Of a stretch of 64,000 bases of DNA, positions 25,857 through 37,001 are shown in pieces. The DNA is from Deltaproteobacteria bacterium. Lineage in GTDB: Bacteria > Myxococcota > Kuafuiibacteriia > Kuafuiibacteriales > Kuafuiibacteriaceae. The DNA is taken from contig JAVJQW010000058.1 of NCBI GenBank assembly GCA_040218735.1, forward strand, positions 82,525-146,524, written 5' to 3'. Position numbers and translations under genes: made by a program. Positions within the stretch are counted from its first letter, which is position 1; every line of letters starts with the position of its first letter. The notes below the pieces were generated by a model that saw only the letters and a program-made list of their open reading frames with translations, was not told the DNA's origin and did no database searches.

Positions 25857-28109
25857 GTGACCGATGCCCACAGTTGGGCTAACCTCCCGCCGATGGTCGC
25901 AGCTGGGGATCGTCTAGGGGGGCATCTGCTCGTCGAGTCGATCGGTGCCCGCGGACCGACGACGGTCTGGCTCGCGCGCTCGCCGGCGGGCGAGCAGGTC
26001 CTCATCGACGTCACACCCGTCGCGCCCGACCAGGTCGCGGCGCTCGGCGCGCGCCTCGAGCAGGACCTCGATCGCGCCCGCGCCGTTCAGCACGAAAACG
26101 TCATGTCCGTCCTCGGCGCGGGGGTGGAGAAGGGGTGCCGTTACCTCGTCAGCGCCTATCGCGCCGGGCTCCTCCTCTCGGAGCTGATGGCTTCGGGGCG
26201 GGCGCTCGGCGTCGCGTTCTCACCGGGTGTCGCGGGGAGCATCGCGCGCCAGGTCGCCGGGGCCGTCGCCGCCGTGCACGCCGCGCTCGGTTCCGACGGT
26301 CTCCCGCGCGGGGCCCGGCACCACGAGCTCACGCCGGCGCACGTCTTCGTCGGGGAGTCGGGCGTCGTTCAGATCGCAGAGTTGATGTGGGCGGGCGACT
26401 CGCAGGACCTCGTCACGACGGCGGGGATCCAGAGCACCGGCACCATCGCGTACCTCAGCCCTGAGGTCGCCTCCACCGGACGCGGCGACGGGCGGAGCGA
26501 CCAGTTCGCGATCGGCGTGATGCTCTACGAGATGCTGTCGGGGCGTCCGCTGTTCCACCGAACCTCGGATGTCGACACCCTCGACGCGCTCCGGACGAGC
26601 GAGATCCCCGCGCTCCCCGAGAGCGTCCCGTCGCGTCTCGCCGCGCTGACGATGCGGTGCCTTGCGCGCGACCCGAGTCAGCGCTTCGAGTCGGTCGATC
26701 TGTTGGAGGCCGCGTTGGAGTCCGCGACCGTCGATCAGCCCGACGCGGATCCGCTCGGCGTGGCGGGGCACGTCGCCGACGTCCTCGTCGCGCAGCCCCG
26801 CAAACAGAAGGGCCGCACCTTCCAGCTCTCGGAGGCGTCGCAGAGCGGTAAACCGGCGGCGGCTTCGGACGACCTGCCGACGCGTGTCACCCCGCCGAAG
26901 GACGGCGGCACCGATCCGTTCTTCGACGTCGAGCGCGACGGTGACGGCATCGACAACCCGCGCTTCGAGGTGCTCGGTCGGCTCGGGAGCGGCGGGATGG
27001 GTGAGGTCTACCGGGTGCGGGACCACGAGCTCAACGAGGTCGTCGCGCTCAAGCTGATCCCCGCGCACAACGCGAGTGAGCTGCACTCGATCGAGCGCCT
27101 CAAACGCGAGGTGCGTCTCGCGCGACGCATCGCGAGCGAACACGTCTGCCGCATCTTCGACCTCGTCGATCTCGGGCGCGGCTCGCGCGGTCTCACGATG
27201 GCGCTCGTCAACGGCACGACGCTCTCCGAGATGATGAAGCTCGGCGTCAAAGTCGACTACCAGCGGTTCGCGAAGTGGGGCGCGCACATCGCGCACGGGC
27301 TCGGCGCGGCGCACGCCGTCGACATCATCCACCGCGATCTCAAACCCGAGAACGTGATGATCGACGCCGAGGACCGCGCGATCATCCTCGACTTCGGGAT
27401 CGCACGTTCGCAGGCGGAGGCGACCGAGGTCGACGGCAAGCTCACGCAAGCGGGCATCATCATGGGGACGCCGCTGTACATGTCCCCCGAGCAGCTCGCG
27501 AACCGGGAGCTCGACGGGCGCTCGGACCTGTACGCGCTCGGGCTGCTGCTCGCGGAGCTCATCACCGGGGAGGTGCCGGTCCCCGGCGACGGGTACGCGG
27601 ACATCCTCGACAAACGCGTCATCAACGCGAGCGCGCACGACTATCGCTTGGGCGACGTCGACCCCGGCGTGCCGAACACCCTCGCGCAGATCATCGACAG
27701 CCTCCTGCGCCCCGCCGCGGACGATCGCCCGGCGGACGCGAACGTTGTGCGGCGTGCGCTGGAGTCGTTCGTGGCCGGCGTGCCCGCGACGTCCGAGATC
27801 AGCGCGCCCCCCGCGCCCGTCGTCGCGAGCGAGCCGCCGGCCCCTTCGCCGCCGTCGCCACCACCGCCGAAGACGAACCCCAACGCGCCCTGGTTCGGGG
27901 TGATGGCGGTGCTCGGCGTGCTCGTCGTGGTGCTCGGCGTGTGGTTGCTCCGACCGGACGCCCAGGCGATCGATCCGCCGCTCGTCACGCCGCCCCCCGT
28001 CGCGCGGGACGCGGGTGTGCTCGTGCGCGACGCCGGTGTCGAGCCGCCGCGCGACGCCGGGCCGAAGCGCACGTCGCCGCCGCCTCCGCCTTCTCCCGAA
28101 GAGATGTAG
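25857..28109 (+). CDS. Tandem-domain Ser/Thr protein kinase (pseudokinase + kinase + TM)
   Basis: Domain 1 degenerate (HHELTPAHV, AEL); domain 2 GSGGMG, ALK, HRDLKPEN, DFG, GTPLYMSPE. Confidence 0.92.
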   Translation: MTDAHSWANLPPMVAAGDRLGGHLLVESIGARGPTTVWLARSPAGEQVLIDVTPVAPDQVAALGARLEQDLDRARAVQHENVMSVLGAGVEKGCRYLVSAYRAGLLLSELMASGRALGVAFSPGVAGSIARQVAGAVAAVHAALGSDGLPRGARHHELTPAHVFVGESGVVQIAELMWAGDSQDLVTTAGIQSTGTIAYLSPEVASTGRGDGRSDQFAIGVMLYEMLSGRPLFHRTSDVDTLDALRTSEIPALPESVPSRLAALTMRCLARDPSQRFESVDLLEAALESATVDQPDADPLGVAGHVADVLVAQPRKQKGRTFQLSEASQSGKPAAASDDLPTRVTPPKDGGTDPFFDVERDGDGIDNPRFEVLGRLGSGGMGEVYRVRDHELNEVVALKLIPAHNASELHSIERLKREVRLARRIASEHVCRIFDLVDLGRGSRGLTMALVNGTTLSEMMKLGVKVDYQRFAKWGAHIAHGLGAAHAVDIIHRDLKPENVMIDAEDRAIILDFGIARSQAEATEVDGKLTQAGIIMGTPLYMSPEQLANRELDGRSDLYALGLLLAELITGEVPVPGDGYADILDKRVINASAHDYRLGDVDPGVPNTLAQIIDSLLRPAADDRPADANVVRRALESFVAGVPATSEISAPPAPVVASEPPAPSPPSPPPPKTNPNAPWFGVMAVLGVLVVVLGVWLLRPDAQAIDPPLVTPPPVARDAGVLVRDAGVEPPRDAGPKRTSPPPPPSPEEM

Positions 28110-28110
28110 C

Positions 28111-28737
28111 TCAGCCGGTCGCGCGCGGGATGTCGTCGGTGCCCGCGGGCGCCATCTCGCCGGTGTGGCTGATCAGCTGGTTGATCATCAGCGCCATCTC
28201 GATCCCCTCGGCGCTGGGTTGGAAGTCGATGCCGCCGATGAAGTTCATCGCGACGGCTTCGCCGAGCGCGTGGTCGAGGAACGTCGCGACGACGGCGAAG
28301 CGCGCGTCTTCGTCGAGCTTCAGTAGGCCATCGTGCAGGAAGCGCAGGTGGTAGATGCCTTCGTGCGAGCGGACCTGGAAGTGGGCGTCGGCGATGTCGA
28401 GGCCGTGGACCGCCTTCACGAACGCGAGCGCCGACTGGAGCGACTTGCGCTGCCGGCGGCTGTAGATCACCCAGGTGTCGAACGTCGGCGCTTCGGCGAC
28501 GAAGCGATCGATGAACGACGCCGCGACCGGATCGCCGCACGGCGTGAACGTGATCTCGCCGCCGAACCTGCCCTCGGTGACTTCGTAGGTGATCGAGAGG
28601 CCATGTTTCGAGAGCGCGTCGTCGATCATCTCCGTGACCTTGCCGTCACGCCGCCCACCCATGATCTCCAGGATCTCGAGGTGATGGTCCGCGAACCACT
28701 GCCAAAAGCCCCGGATGTCGACCTGCGCCTCGCTCAT
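28111..28737 (-). CDS. Conserved hypothetical protein
   Basis: FWQWF N-terminus, FLDHALGE; good codon usage. Confidence 0.75.
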   Translation of the reverse strand: MSEAQVDIRGFWQWFADHHLEILEIMGGRRDGKVTEMIDDALSKHGLSITYEVTEGRFGGEITFTPCGDPVAASFIDRFVAEAPTFDTWVIYSRRQRKSLQSALAFVKAVHGLDIADAHFQVRSHEGIYHLRFLHDGLLKLDEDARFAVVATFLDHALGEAVAMNFIGGIDFQPSAEGIEMALMINQLISHTGEMAPAGTDDIPRATG

Positions 28738-28794
28738 GCCCAGGGGGATCGATACCGGGCCCCCGGAGTCGAAAGCAAGTTCGTGACCGCGGCG

Positions 28795-29703
28795 TCAGTC
28801 GTCTCGGTGGGTTGCGACCGCGATCGCCAGCCGCGCGGCGAGCGCGGCGTTGTGCTCGACCAGCCGAATGTTCGTCGTGAGCACGTCTTTGGAGGCGGCG
28901 TCGAGCTTGGCCAGCAGGAAAGGCGTCAGCTGCGCACCTTTCACGCCCGCCGCTTCCGCCTGCGCCAGGGCCGCCGAAACCAGCCGCTCGGCCTCGTCCG
29001 ACGGCATCGCCACCGGCGGCGGCTGCACCACGAGCATCCCGCCCGATGCGAGCCGCTCGGTCTGCATGATCACGAGCGCCGCGAGCTTCGCGACGTCGTC
29101 CACGCGCGATCGCAGCGGCAGACCGCTCGACGCCGAGTAGAACGCCGGGAAGTCGTCCGTCCCGACGCCGACGACCGGCACCCCGAGCATCTCGAGCCGC
29201 TCCAAGGTGCGCGGCAGATCGAGCACGGCCTTCGCACCCGCCGACACCACCGCGAGCGGGTACCGCGCGAGCGCGATGAGATCCGCCGACTCGTCGAACG
29301 TCGTCTCCGCGCCGCGGTGCACACCACCGATGCCACCCGTCGCGAACACCCGCAGACCGGCGCGCGCCGCGACGGCCATCGTCGACGCGACGGTGGTCGC
29401 CCACACGCCGCCCTCGATCATCGCGACGGCGAGGTCTCGGACCGACGCCTTCTTCGCGCTCCCGTCGATCACGCGCGCACGTTGCTCGGCGGTCAGGCCG
29501 ACGTGCTGCTTGCCGTCGATGATCGCGATCGTTGCGGGGGTCGCGCCGGCGTCGCGCACGATCGTCTCCAGGCGCGTCGCGACCTCTTCGCGACGATCGG
29601 GCGGGAGCCCGTGCGCGAGGAGCGTCGACTCGAGCGCGACGACGCCGCGTTGTTCGGCGATCGCGTCTTCGACTTCTTCGGTGAAGGAGAGGAGGGGCAG
29701 CAT
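28795..29703 (-). CDS. psuG: Pseudouridine-5'-phosphate glycosidase
   Basis: VALESTLLAHG, ATTVAST, ATGGIGGVHRG, SADL, GAKAVLD, LTPFLL. Confidence 0.96.
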   Translation of the reverse strand: MLPLLSFTEEVEDAIAEQRGVVALESTLLAHGLPPDRREEVATRLETIVRDAGATPATIAIIDGKQHVGLTAEQRARVIDGSAKKASVRDLAVAMIEGGVWATTVASTMAVAARAGLRVFATGGIGGVHRGAETTFDESADLIALARYPLAVVSAGAKAVLDLPRTLERLEMLGVPVVGVGTDDFPAFYSASSGLPLRSRVDDVAKLAALVIMQTERLASGGMLVVQPPPVAMPSDEAERLVSAALAQAEAAGVKGAQLTPFLLAKLDAASKDVLTTNIRLVEHNAALAARLAIAVATHRDD

Positions 29704-30227
29704 CAGTCGAGCGCCGAGCGGATCATCTGCGCGAGCTCGATCGTCTCGGGGGCGTCGGCCCAGTTCTTCAGCGCTTCGAGGCGTTGAATGAGGAGCATCC
29801 GGTTCGGCTTCTTGCCCTCCTCGACGATGTCGAGGAGCTTCTCGAGCACGGGTTTCAGGAGCGCTTCGTCGCGGACGTCCAGCAGGCTCATCAACAGCCG
29901 CGCGTCGTCCGGGAGCGGGAGCTCTTTCTTCAGGTAGGCCGCGAGCGTCTTCTTCGACGGATCCTTCTTGAGGGCCTCCGTCAGCTCGCGCTTCTCCTTC
30001 GACTCCTCGCTCGCGGGGCCGAGCGTCGCGCGCATCGACTCCGGCAGCTCGGCGCCGCCGGGTTTGAACAGCGCGTCGAGGTTCGACTTGTACTTGGAGT
30101 ACGCGGCCGTCTTGCTGATGCGCTCCCGGTTCCAGGCCTCCGGGTCTTTGCGTCGACCGCCCCCGCCGCTCTTGTCGCGTTGCTTGTCCAGCTCGCGCCA
30201 GCTCTTCTTGGGGCGGTCGTCGCTCAT
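29703..30227 (-). CDS. Hypothetical protein
   Basis: KKSWRELDK N-terminus; coupled to psuG. Confidence 0.75.
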   Translation of the reverse strand: MSDDRPKKSWRELDKQRDKSGGGGRRKDPEAWNRERISKTAAYSKYKSNLDALFKPGGAELPESMRATLGPASEESKEKRELTEALKKDPSKKTLAAYLKKELPLPDDARLLMSLLDVRDEALLKPVLEKLLDIVEEGKKPNRMLLIQRLEALKNWADAPETIELAQMIRSALD

Positions 30228-30236
30228 GCGGGCAGT

Positions 30237-30596
30237 CTACTTCTTCTTGCCGGTGCGCGCCCCGACGTCGCCGAAGAGGGCGGACAGCTCGACGTTGTCC
30301 TTCTTCTTCGTGGTCAGGATCGCGTTCACGGCGCGGTGGATCTTCTTGCGGGCGACGCGCGAGACGGGCGACCCGGCGAGGGCGATGTCCATGGTGCGCT
30401 TGGTGACGCCGCGGCCGTACTTGTCGACCTTCGGGGTCTCGGCGTCCGCGTAGGACTTCTTCGCACGGCGGGCGGCGGCGCGAGCGGTGTTCTTCGCGCG
30501 GTCGGCGTCCGAGTAGGCTTCCATCCCCTGGGACTGGACGATGACGGCCTCGGCCGTGATGTCGTTCGAGCTGAGGAAATCGGTCAGGTTCGACAT
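30237..30596 (-). CDS. Small basic protein, possibly DNA-binding
   Basis: Lys/Arg-rich; RGVTKRT..ALAG.PV...IHRAVNAIL...LSALF. Confidence 0.7.
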   Translation of the reverse strand: MSNLTDFLSSNDITAEAVIVQSQGMEAYSDADRAKNTARAAARRAKKSYADAETPKVDKYGRGVTKRTMDIALAGSPVSRVARKKIHRAVNAILTTKKKDNVELSALFGDVGARTGKKK

Positions 30597-30645
30597 GGGA
30601 GGCGCGACTTTACCGGCGGGGTCCGCGCTGTCAACCTCCACTCGC

Positions 30646-31707
30646 GTGTACGCCGAGCTGGCCCGCGATCTGTTCACCGGCGCCGCGAGCCCGGCGTGGG
30701 CGACCCGCAGCGCCCGGACACGTGAGCTGCTGGAGACCGTCTACGGGCCCCGCCCCGAGCTGCGCGAGGACATCCCGCTCGCGCGCCCGAGGCCGATCGT
30801 CGCGCCCGCCGCCGCGCGCAAGCGGCTCGGCGAGCTCGTCTTCGAGATCGCGCGCCACCTGGTCGCCGGGCGGTTCTCGCGGGTGTCGCGTTTCTTCGAC
30901 GACACGATGTGGGTCCTGTGGCCGGACAACCAGCTCGTCTGCCACGCGGGGGACGAGGTTCGCTTCAAGCTCACCGACCGACCCAACCGACTCGGCATCG
31001 TGCCTGCCAAGCTCAAGTCCTACGCCGGCGCCGAGGCGAAGGCCGCGTTCGCCCGCGGCGTCCCGGAGGCGCTCGACGCGCTGTTCCCGCTGTCGAGCCA
31101 CCTGATCTACACGTTCGAGGCCCGGCGCTTCGGGCGCGTGCTGTTCGCGGTCCGACCGATCGAACAGACCTGCCGGATCGCATCGCTGTTCCTCCCCTCC
31201 GTCGACGACGCTTGGGCGTTCTCGGTGCGAACGTCGCTCGACGAGGAGGCGCCGCTGCGCATCACCCAGAACCTCGTGCGGCGGACCGTGCTCGGGCACT
31301 TCGCCGGCCTGCAGGCGATGGCGCTCGACGTCATGCCCACGCTGTGGGTGCAGGACCAGGCCATCCCTCGCGACCACTTCATCGCGGCCGCCGGCGCCGG
31401 GCCGCATCGGCTGGAGGGGGGCGAGCAGATCTTCGGCGCGTCGGCGCCGCTCGATGGTGAGCCCGCCGAGACGCTCGGGCCGCTGCTGAAGACGATCGAG
31501 CGCGCGGCGCAGACGCACTGGCACACGTCGCTCGAAGCGTTGCGCCCGCGGTGGGTGCAGACGCCGGTGGCGCAGATCGATCCCGAGAGCCTCGGGGTCA
31601 TGAGCGAGCGCCACGTCGTGACGCTCGTGCTGCGCACGCTCGAGGACGACGGCACCGGCGACGAGCGGGAGCGCTGGCGCGTCGGCGGTTGGTTCGAGCT
31701 CGGCTGA
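30646..31707 (+). CDS. Hypothetical protein (start uncertain)
   Basis: Long ORF with genome-typical codon usage. Confidence 0.65.
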   Translation: MYAELARDLFTGAASPAWATRSARTRELLETVYGPRPELREDIPLARPRPIVAPAAARKRLGELVFEIARHLVAGRFSRVSRFFDDTMWVLWPDNQLVCHAGDEVRFKLTDRPNRLGIVPAKLKSYAGAEAKAAFARGVPEALDALFPLSSHLIYTFEARRFGRVLFAVRPIEQTCRIASLFLPSVDDAWAFSVRTSLDEEAPLRITQNLVRRTVLGHFAGLQAMALDVMPTLWVQDQAIPRDHFIAAAGAGPHRLEGGEQIFGASAPLDGEPAETLGPLLKTIERAAQTHWHTSLEALRPRWVQTPVAQIDPESLGVMSERHVVTLVLRTLEDDGTGDERERWRVGGWFELG

Positions 31708-31821
31708 CCGCGTTTTCAGCTCGCAGCTCGCAGCGCGCAGTCGGCAGCCGGATCTCGGCGCCTCCGCCGAGATGGTGTCGCGCGAGCTCTTGCTCCCGTC
31801 GGCGGGCTCCGTCGAAACGAA

Positions 31822-31857
31822 GAAAGGCGACCCGAGCGCGTGCCCGAGTCGCCTTTC
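31822..31857. terminator. Bidirectional terminator between convergent genes
   Basis: GAAAGGCGAC...GTCGCCTTTC. Confidence 0.7.
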
Positions 31858-31880
31858 AAGAGACGAACTATCGACCGAGG

Positions 31881-32279
31881 TCAGGCCATCGCGAGGCCGG
31901 CACCGCCGCCGGAGAGGCCGCCGCCCAGCGCGCCGCCCAGCATCTGCGTGAGCTGCGGGTTGCCCTGGAGCGCCGCCATCACGGCCTGCGGGTTCTGCTG
32001 CGCGAGCTCACGGAGCTTCCGCATGATGTCCTCGACGGACAGACCCGCTTCGCCCGCGCCGCCGTTGCTACTGGCCTGTTGCGCACCCTGCGCGCCGCCT
32101 TGCCCGCCGCCGCAGCTCTGGCAGCCTTGGCCCTCGCCGTTCGCTCCGAGGAGCTGGGCGAGCTGCTCGACCAGCTGCTTGGCCATCTGACCCATCGGGC
32201 CGTTCGGTCCGAGCGCGTCCTGGAAGTTGTTCCCTCCGATCCGCAGCCCGTTCGAGCCATTCATTCCTGGAATTGCCAT
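31881..32279 (-). CDS. Gly/Gln-rich small protein
   Basis: MAIPGMNGSNG...; AAGGA RBS; followed by terminator. Confidence 0.7.
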   Translation of the reverse strand: MAIPGMNGSNGLRIGGNNFQDALGPNGPMGQMAKQLVEQLAQLLGANGEGQGCQSCGGGQGGAQGAQQASSNGGAGEAGLSVEDIMRKLRELAQQNPQAVMAALQGNPQLTQMLGGALGGGLSGGGAGLAMA

Positions 32280-32407
32280 TCGTTTCGTCCTTACTCGGCG
32301 TCCATCCTTGGACACCGCGTCCGGTGGTTGTGGTGGTCTTCGAGTTATCGGAGCGGGCGCCGAGGCGTTGCGCGAATCTCTGAGAAAAACTCAATGATAC
32401 TAGTGGG

Positions 32408-33154
32408 TTATGATGCGACATGTGGGACGAGGTCGCAGATCTCGGCGACGGCGCCCTCCAGCCCGAGTCCGGACGTGTCCACGTGGTGCTCCGCCTCCGC
32501 GTACAGCGCGGACCGCCCCGCGAGGAGGGCCTCGAGCTCGGCCATCGCCGACGGACGGTTCTCCATCGGCCGCAGGTCACCCTGCGCCATCACCCGCGCG
32601 TAGTGCTCTTCGGGATCCGCGCGCAGCCAGATCGTACGTGCGCGGGCGCGGAGCATCCCCCACGACGCCGCGTCGGTGACCAACCCGCCCCCGGTCGCGA
32701 TGACGATCCCCTCCGGGCCCGCCTCGGCGAGCACCTGCGTGAGGACCTCGCGCTCGAGGCGGCGGTAGTAGGAGTCACCGTGGATCTCGAAGATCTGCGA
32801 AAGCGGCAGCCCGGCCGCTGCGGCGATCCGGTCGTCGAGCTCCAAGAACGGGCGCCCGAGGCGCTCGGCGACGCGCTGGCCGATCGTCGTCTTGCCCGCG
32901 CCGCGCAGCCCGACCAAGGCCAAGATCGGCCCGTGGCGCGCCCGGTCGAGCGGCGCGACGAGCTCCGCCATCGACACCGACAGCGCCTCGCTCACCTGCA
33001 GCAGACGCCCGATCGAGATGTTCCCGCGCCCTCGTTCCAGATCCGACAGGAACCGCTCCGACACCCCCGAGCGCTCCGCGAGCCCGCGCAGGGTCTCGTT
33101 CTTCGCCATCCGCGCCGCGCGGACCGCCGCGCCGAGGGGAGCCAGCTCCGACAT
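32408..33154 (-). CDS. boxR: Benzoyl-CoA-responsive regulator (XRE HTH + shikimate kinase-like)
   Basis: SGVSERFLSDLERGRGNISI; LVGLRGAGKTT; RVMAQGDLRPM; divergent from boxC. Confidence 0.92.
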   Translation of the reverse strand: MSELAPLGAAVRAARMAKNETLRGLAERSGVSERFLSDLERGRGNISIGRLLQVSEALSVSMAELVAPLDRARHGPILALVGLRGAGKTTIGQRVAERLGRPFLELDDRIAAAAGLPLSQIFEIHGDSYYRRLEREVLTQVLAEAGPEGIVIATGGGLVTDAASWGMLRARARTIWLRADPEEHYARVMAQGDLRPMENRPSAMAELEALLAGRSALYAEAEHHVDTSGLGLEGAVAEICDLVPHVAS

Positions 33155-33207
33155 CGCACGAACTATAGTGCATGAGAATCGAGCACAGCAAGCGATATAT
33201 TGCTTGC
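33155..33207. promoter_or_regulatory. Putative BoxR operator/promoter region
   Basis: ACTATAGTGCA plus near-perfect palindrome GCAAGCGATATATTGCTTGC (33188-33207). Confidence 0.55.
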
Positions 33208-33240
33208 GTTACCCCCAGGAAACGATCTACGAAGGAGGCC

Positions 33241-34899
33241 ATGGCCGACTACGGTTCCGTCCCGGAGAAGCTCCCGCTCGACACTCACCCCGACCAGTAC
33301 ACGCACTGGAACCTCGCGTTCGACGGCCCCGTGGCCCGCCTCGAGATGGACGTGAAGCAGGACCAGGCCGCGCGCGAGGGTGAGTACATCCTCAAGCTCA
33401 ACTCCTACGACCTGGGCGTCGACATCGAGCTGTACGACGCCGTCCAGCGCATCCGCTTCGAGCACCCGGAGGTGAAGGTGTTGCTCGTGACGTCTGCGCA
33501 GGACCGAGTCTTCTGCTCGGGCGCGAACATCTACATGCTCGGGAGCTCGACCCACTCGTTCAAGGTCAACTTCTGCAAGTACACGAACGAGACGCGCCTC
33601 GGACTCGAGGACCTCGCCGAGAACAGCGGCGTGCGCACCGTCGCCGCGTGCAACGGCACGGCGTCCGGCGGCGGCTACGAGCTCGCGCTCGCGTGCGAGA
33701 AGATCCTCCTCGTCGACGACGGCAACTCCGCGGTCAGCTTCCCCGAAGCGCCGCTCCTCGCCGTCCTCCCCGGCACCGGCGGCCTCACGCGCCTCGTCGA
33801 CAAACGCAAGGTCCGCCGCGACCTCGCCGACGTCTTCTCGACGATCGCCGAGGGCGTCCGCGGCAAGCGCGCCGTGCAGTGGGGCCTCGTCGACGACGTC
33901 ATCCCGCGCAGCAAGTGGGGCGACAAGATCGCCGAGCACGCGAAGACTCTCGCGGACGACACCGCCGAGCGCGCTGGCGCCGGCATCACGCTGAACCCGG
34001 TCAACGCGCGCTACGGCGAAAACGAGATCGCGTACGACTACGTCTCCGTCACGTGGGACGAGAGCACCAAGACCGGCAAGCTCCTGGTGAAGGGCCCCGA
34101 GGGCGACCAGCCGCAGGACGCCGCCGCCTTCCGCGCCGCGGGCGACCAGTCGTGGGCCGTGAAGATGTTCCGCGAGCTCGACGACGCGCTGATCCGCATC
34201 CGCTTCGAGCTGCCGCAGATCGGCTTCCTCGCGCTGCACACCGAGGGTGACATCGACGCGGTCTTGAAGGCGGAGCAGGGCGTGCTCGCGTCGCAGGACG
34301 ACTGGCTCGGCCGCGAGATCCTCCACCTGATGAAGCGCACGCTGAAGCGCCTCGACCTCACGGCGCGCTCGATGTTTGCGTTCATCGAGCCGGGCTCGTG
34401 TTTCGCGGGCTCGATGCTCGAGATCGCGCTCGCCGCCGACCGCACGTACATGCTCGACGATCCGGATCAGCCGGTGCACGTCGCGGTGTCGCCGATGAAC
34501 GGCGGGCCGCTCGTGATGAGCAACGGGCTGACGCGCCTCGAGACGCGCTTCCTCGGGAATCCGGAGCAGGTCGAGGTTGTACTGAAGGCCGAGGGTCAGC
34601 TGGACACCGAGACCGCGAACGACCTCGGTCTCGTCACCTACGCGCCGGACGATCTCGACTGGGAAGACGAGGTCCGCATCGCGGTCGAGGAGCGCGCGAA
34701 CTTCTCACCGGACGCGATGACCGGGATGGAGGCGAACCTCCGCTTCGCCGGCCCCGAGACGATGGAGACGAAGATCTTCGGTCGTCTGTCGGCCTGGCAG
34801 AACTGGATCTTCCAGCGGCCCAACGCGGTCGGCGAGAAGGGCGCGCTCACCTTGTACGGCAAGCAGATCAACCCCGTCTTCGACATGACTCGGACTTGA
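33241..34899 (+). CDS. boxC: 2,3-epoxybenzoyl-CoA dihydrolase
   Basis: LKLNSYDLGVDIEL, FCSGANI, LPGTGG, GRLSAWQNWIFQRPNAVGE. Confidence 0.97.
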   Translation: MADYGSVPEKLPLDTHPDQYTHWNLAFDGPVARLEMDVKQDQAAREGEYILKLNSYDLGVDIELYDAVQRIRFEHPEVKVLLVTSAQDRVFCSGANIYMLGSSTHSFKVNFCKYTNETRLGLEDLAENSGVRTVAACNGTASGGGYELALACEKILLVDDGNSAVSFPEAPLLAVLPGTGGLTRLVDKRKVRRDLADVFSTIAEGVRGKRAVQWGLVDDVIPRSKWGDKIAEHAKTLADDTAERAGAGITLNPVNARYGENEIAYDYVSVTWDESTKTGKLLVKGPEGDQPQDAAAFRAAGDQSWAVKMFRELDDALIRIRFELPQIGFLALHTEGDIDAVLKAEQGVLASQDDWLGREILHLMKRTLKRLDLTARSMFAFIEPGSCFAGSMLEIALAADRTYMLDDPDQPVHVAVSPMNGGPLVMSNGLTRLETRFLGNPEQVEVVLKAEGQLDTETANDLGLVTYAPDDLDWEDEVRIAVEERANFSPDAMTGMEANLRFAGPETMETKIFGRLSAWQNWIFQRPNAVGEKGALTLYGKQINPVFDMTRT

Positions 34900-34917
34900 G
34901 AAAGAGGAGCTGAAGAA

Positions 34918-36330
<1,413 letters not shown>

Positions 36331-36448
36331 CCGGCCCGAACGATCCGGACGCGCCGGACCCACCGAACGAATCTCGAACGAATCGCGAACGCGCGCGCTA
36401 CGGCGCACGGGTTCGCCGCTGGCGTGCTCTTTGCGAGGGCACGTCGGC

Positions 36449-36988
36449 ATGGATCGACTCTCGTTCGTCGCCCTCCTCACGCTCGTCGCTTGCGGCGGCA
36501 CCAGCCCCTTCGACGGTCTCGACGGGACGCAGCCCACGACGGGCGCGCGCGCCGCAGACTGCTCCATCGACGGGACACACGCGTACGTGTTCGCGCTCGG
36601 GCCGTTCATCGCCCAATGCGAAGAGGGCACGGTCGAGTCGATGTTCGAGCGCGCCTCGGACGGGACCCTCGACATCACGTACGACGCCGCCCTCGACGAG
36701 GTCCACGTCGTCGGCCCGTTCGGTGCGAAGCTCGAACGGGCGGAGGTCGTGCTGAAGGTGACGCCGGACGCTGCGGATCGCTACGTCGGCGAGCGCTCCG
36801 TCCACACCCAGAACCCGTACGACGCGCGCTTCGATCCGATGCGGTACACGTTCCGCGTCGAGCTCCCGCGGGACCTCGTGAGCGCGGACACGTGTCAGCG
36901 GCAAATGACCGTACTGCCTACGGTCGGGTTCCCCGGAGGGTTCTGGTGCGACGCGCCCGTCGCCGTGTACCTCGACGCAGTGCCATAG
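36449..36988 (+). CDS. Putative lipoprotein
   Basis: Lipobox LVAC. Confidence 0.7.
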   Translation: MDRLSFVALLTLVACGGTSPFDGLDGTQPTTGARAADCSIDGTHAYVFALGPFIAQCEEGTVESMFERASDGTLDITYDAALDEVHVVGPFGAKLERAEVVLKVTPDAADRYVGERSVHTQNPYDARFDPMRYTFRVELPRDLVSADTCQRQMTVLPTVGFPGGFWCDAPVAVYLDAVP

Positions 36989-37001
36989 TGATGCCGACGC
37001 G

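Noticed and set aside
32408-33154. Stand-alone shikimate kinase
   Set aside because: XRE HTH fusion and box context indicate BoxR/BzdR
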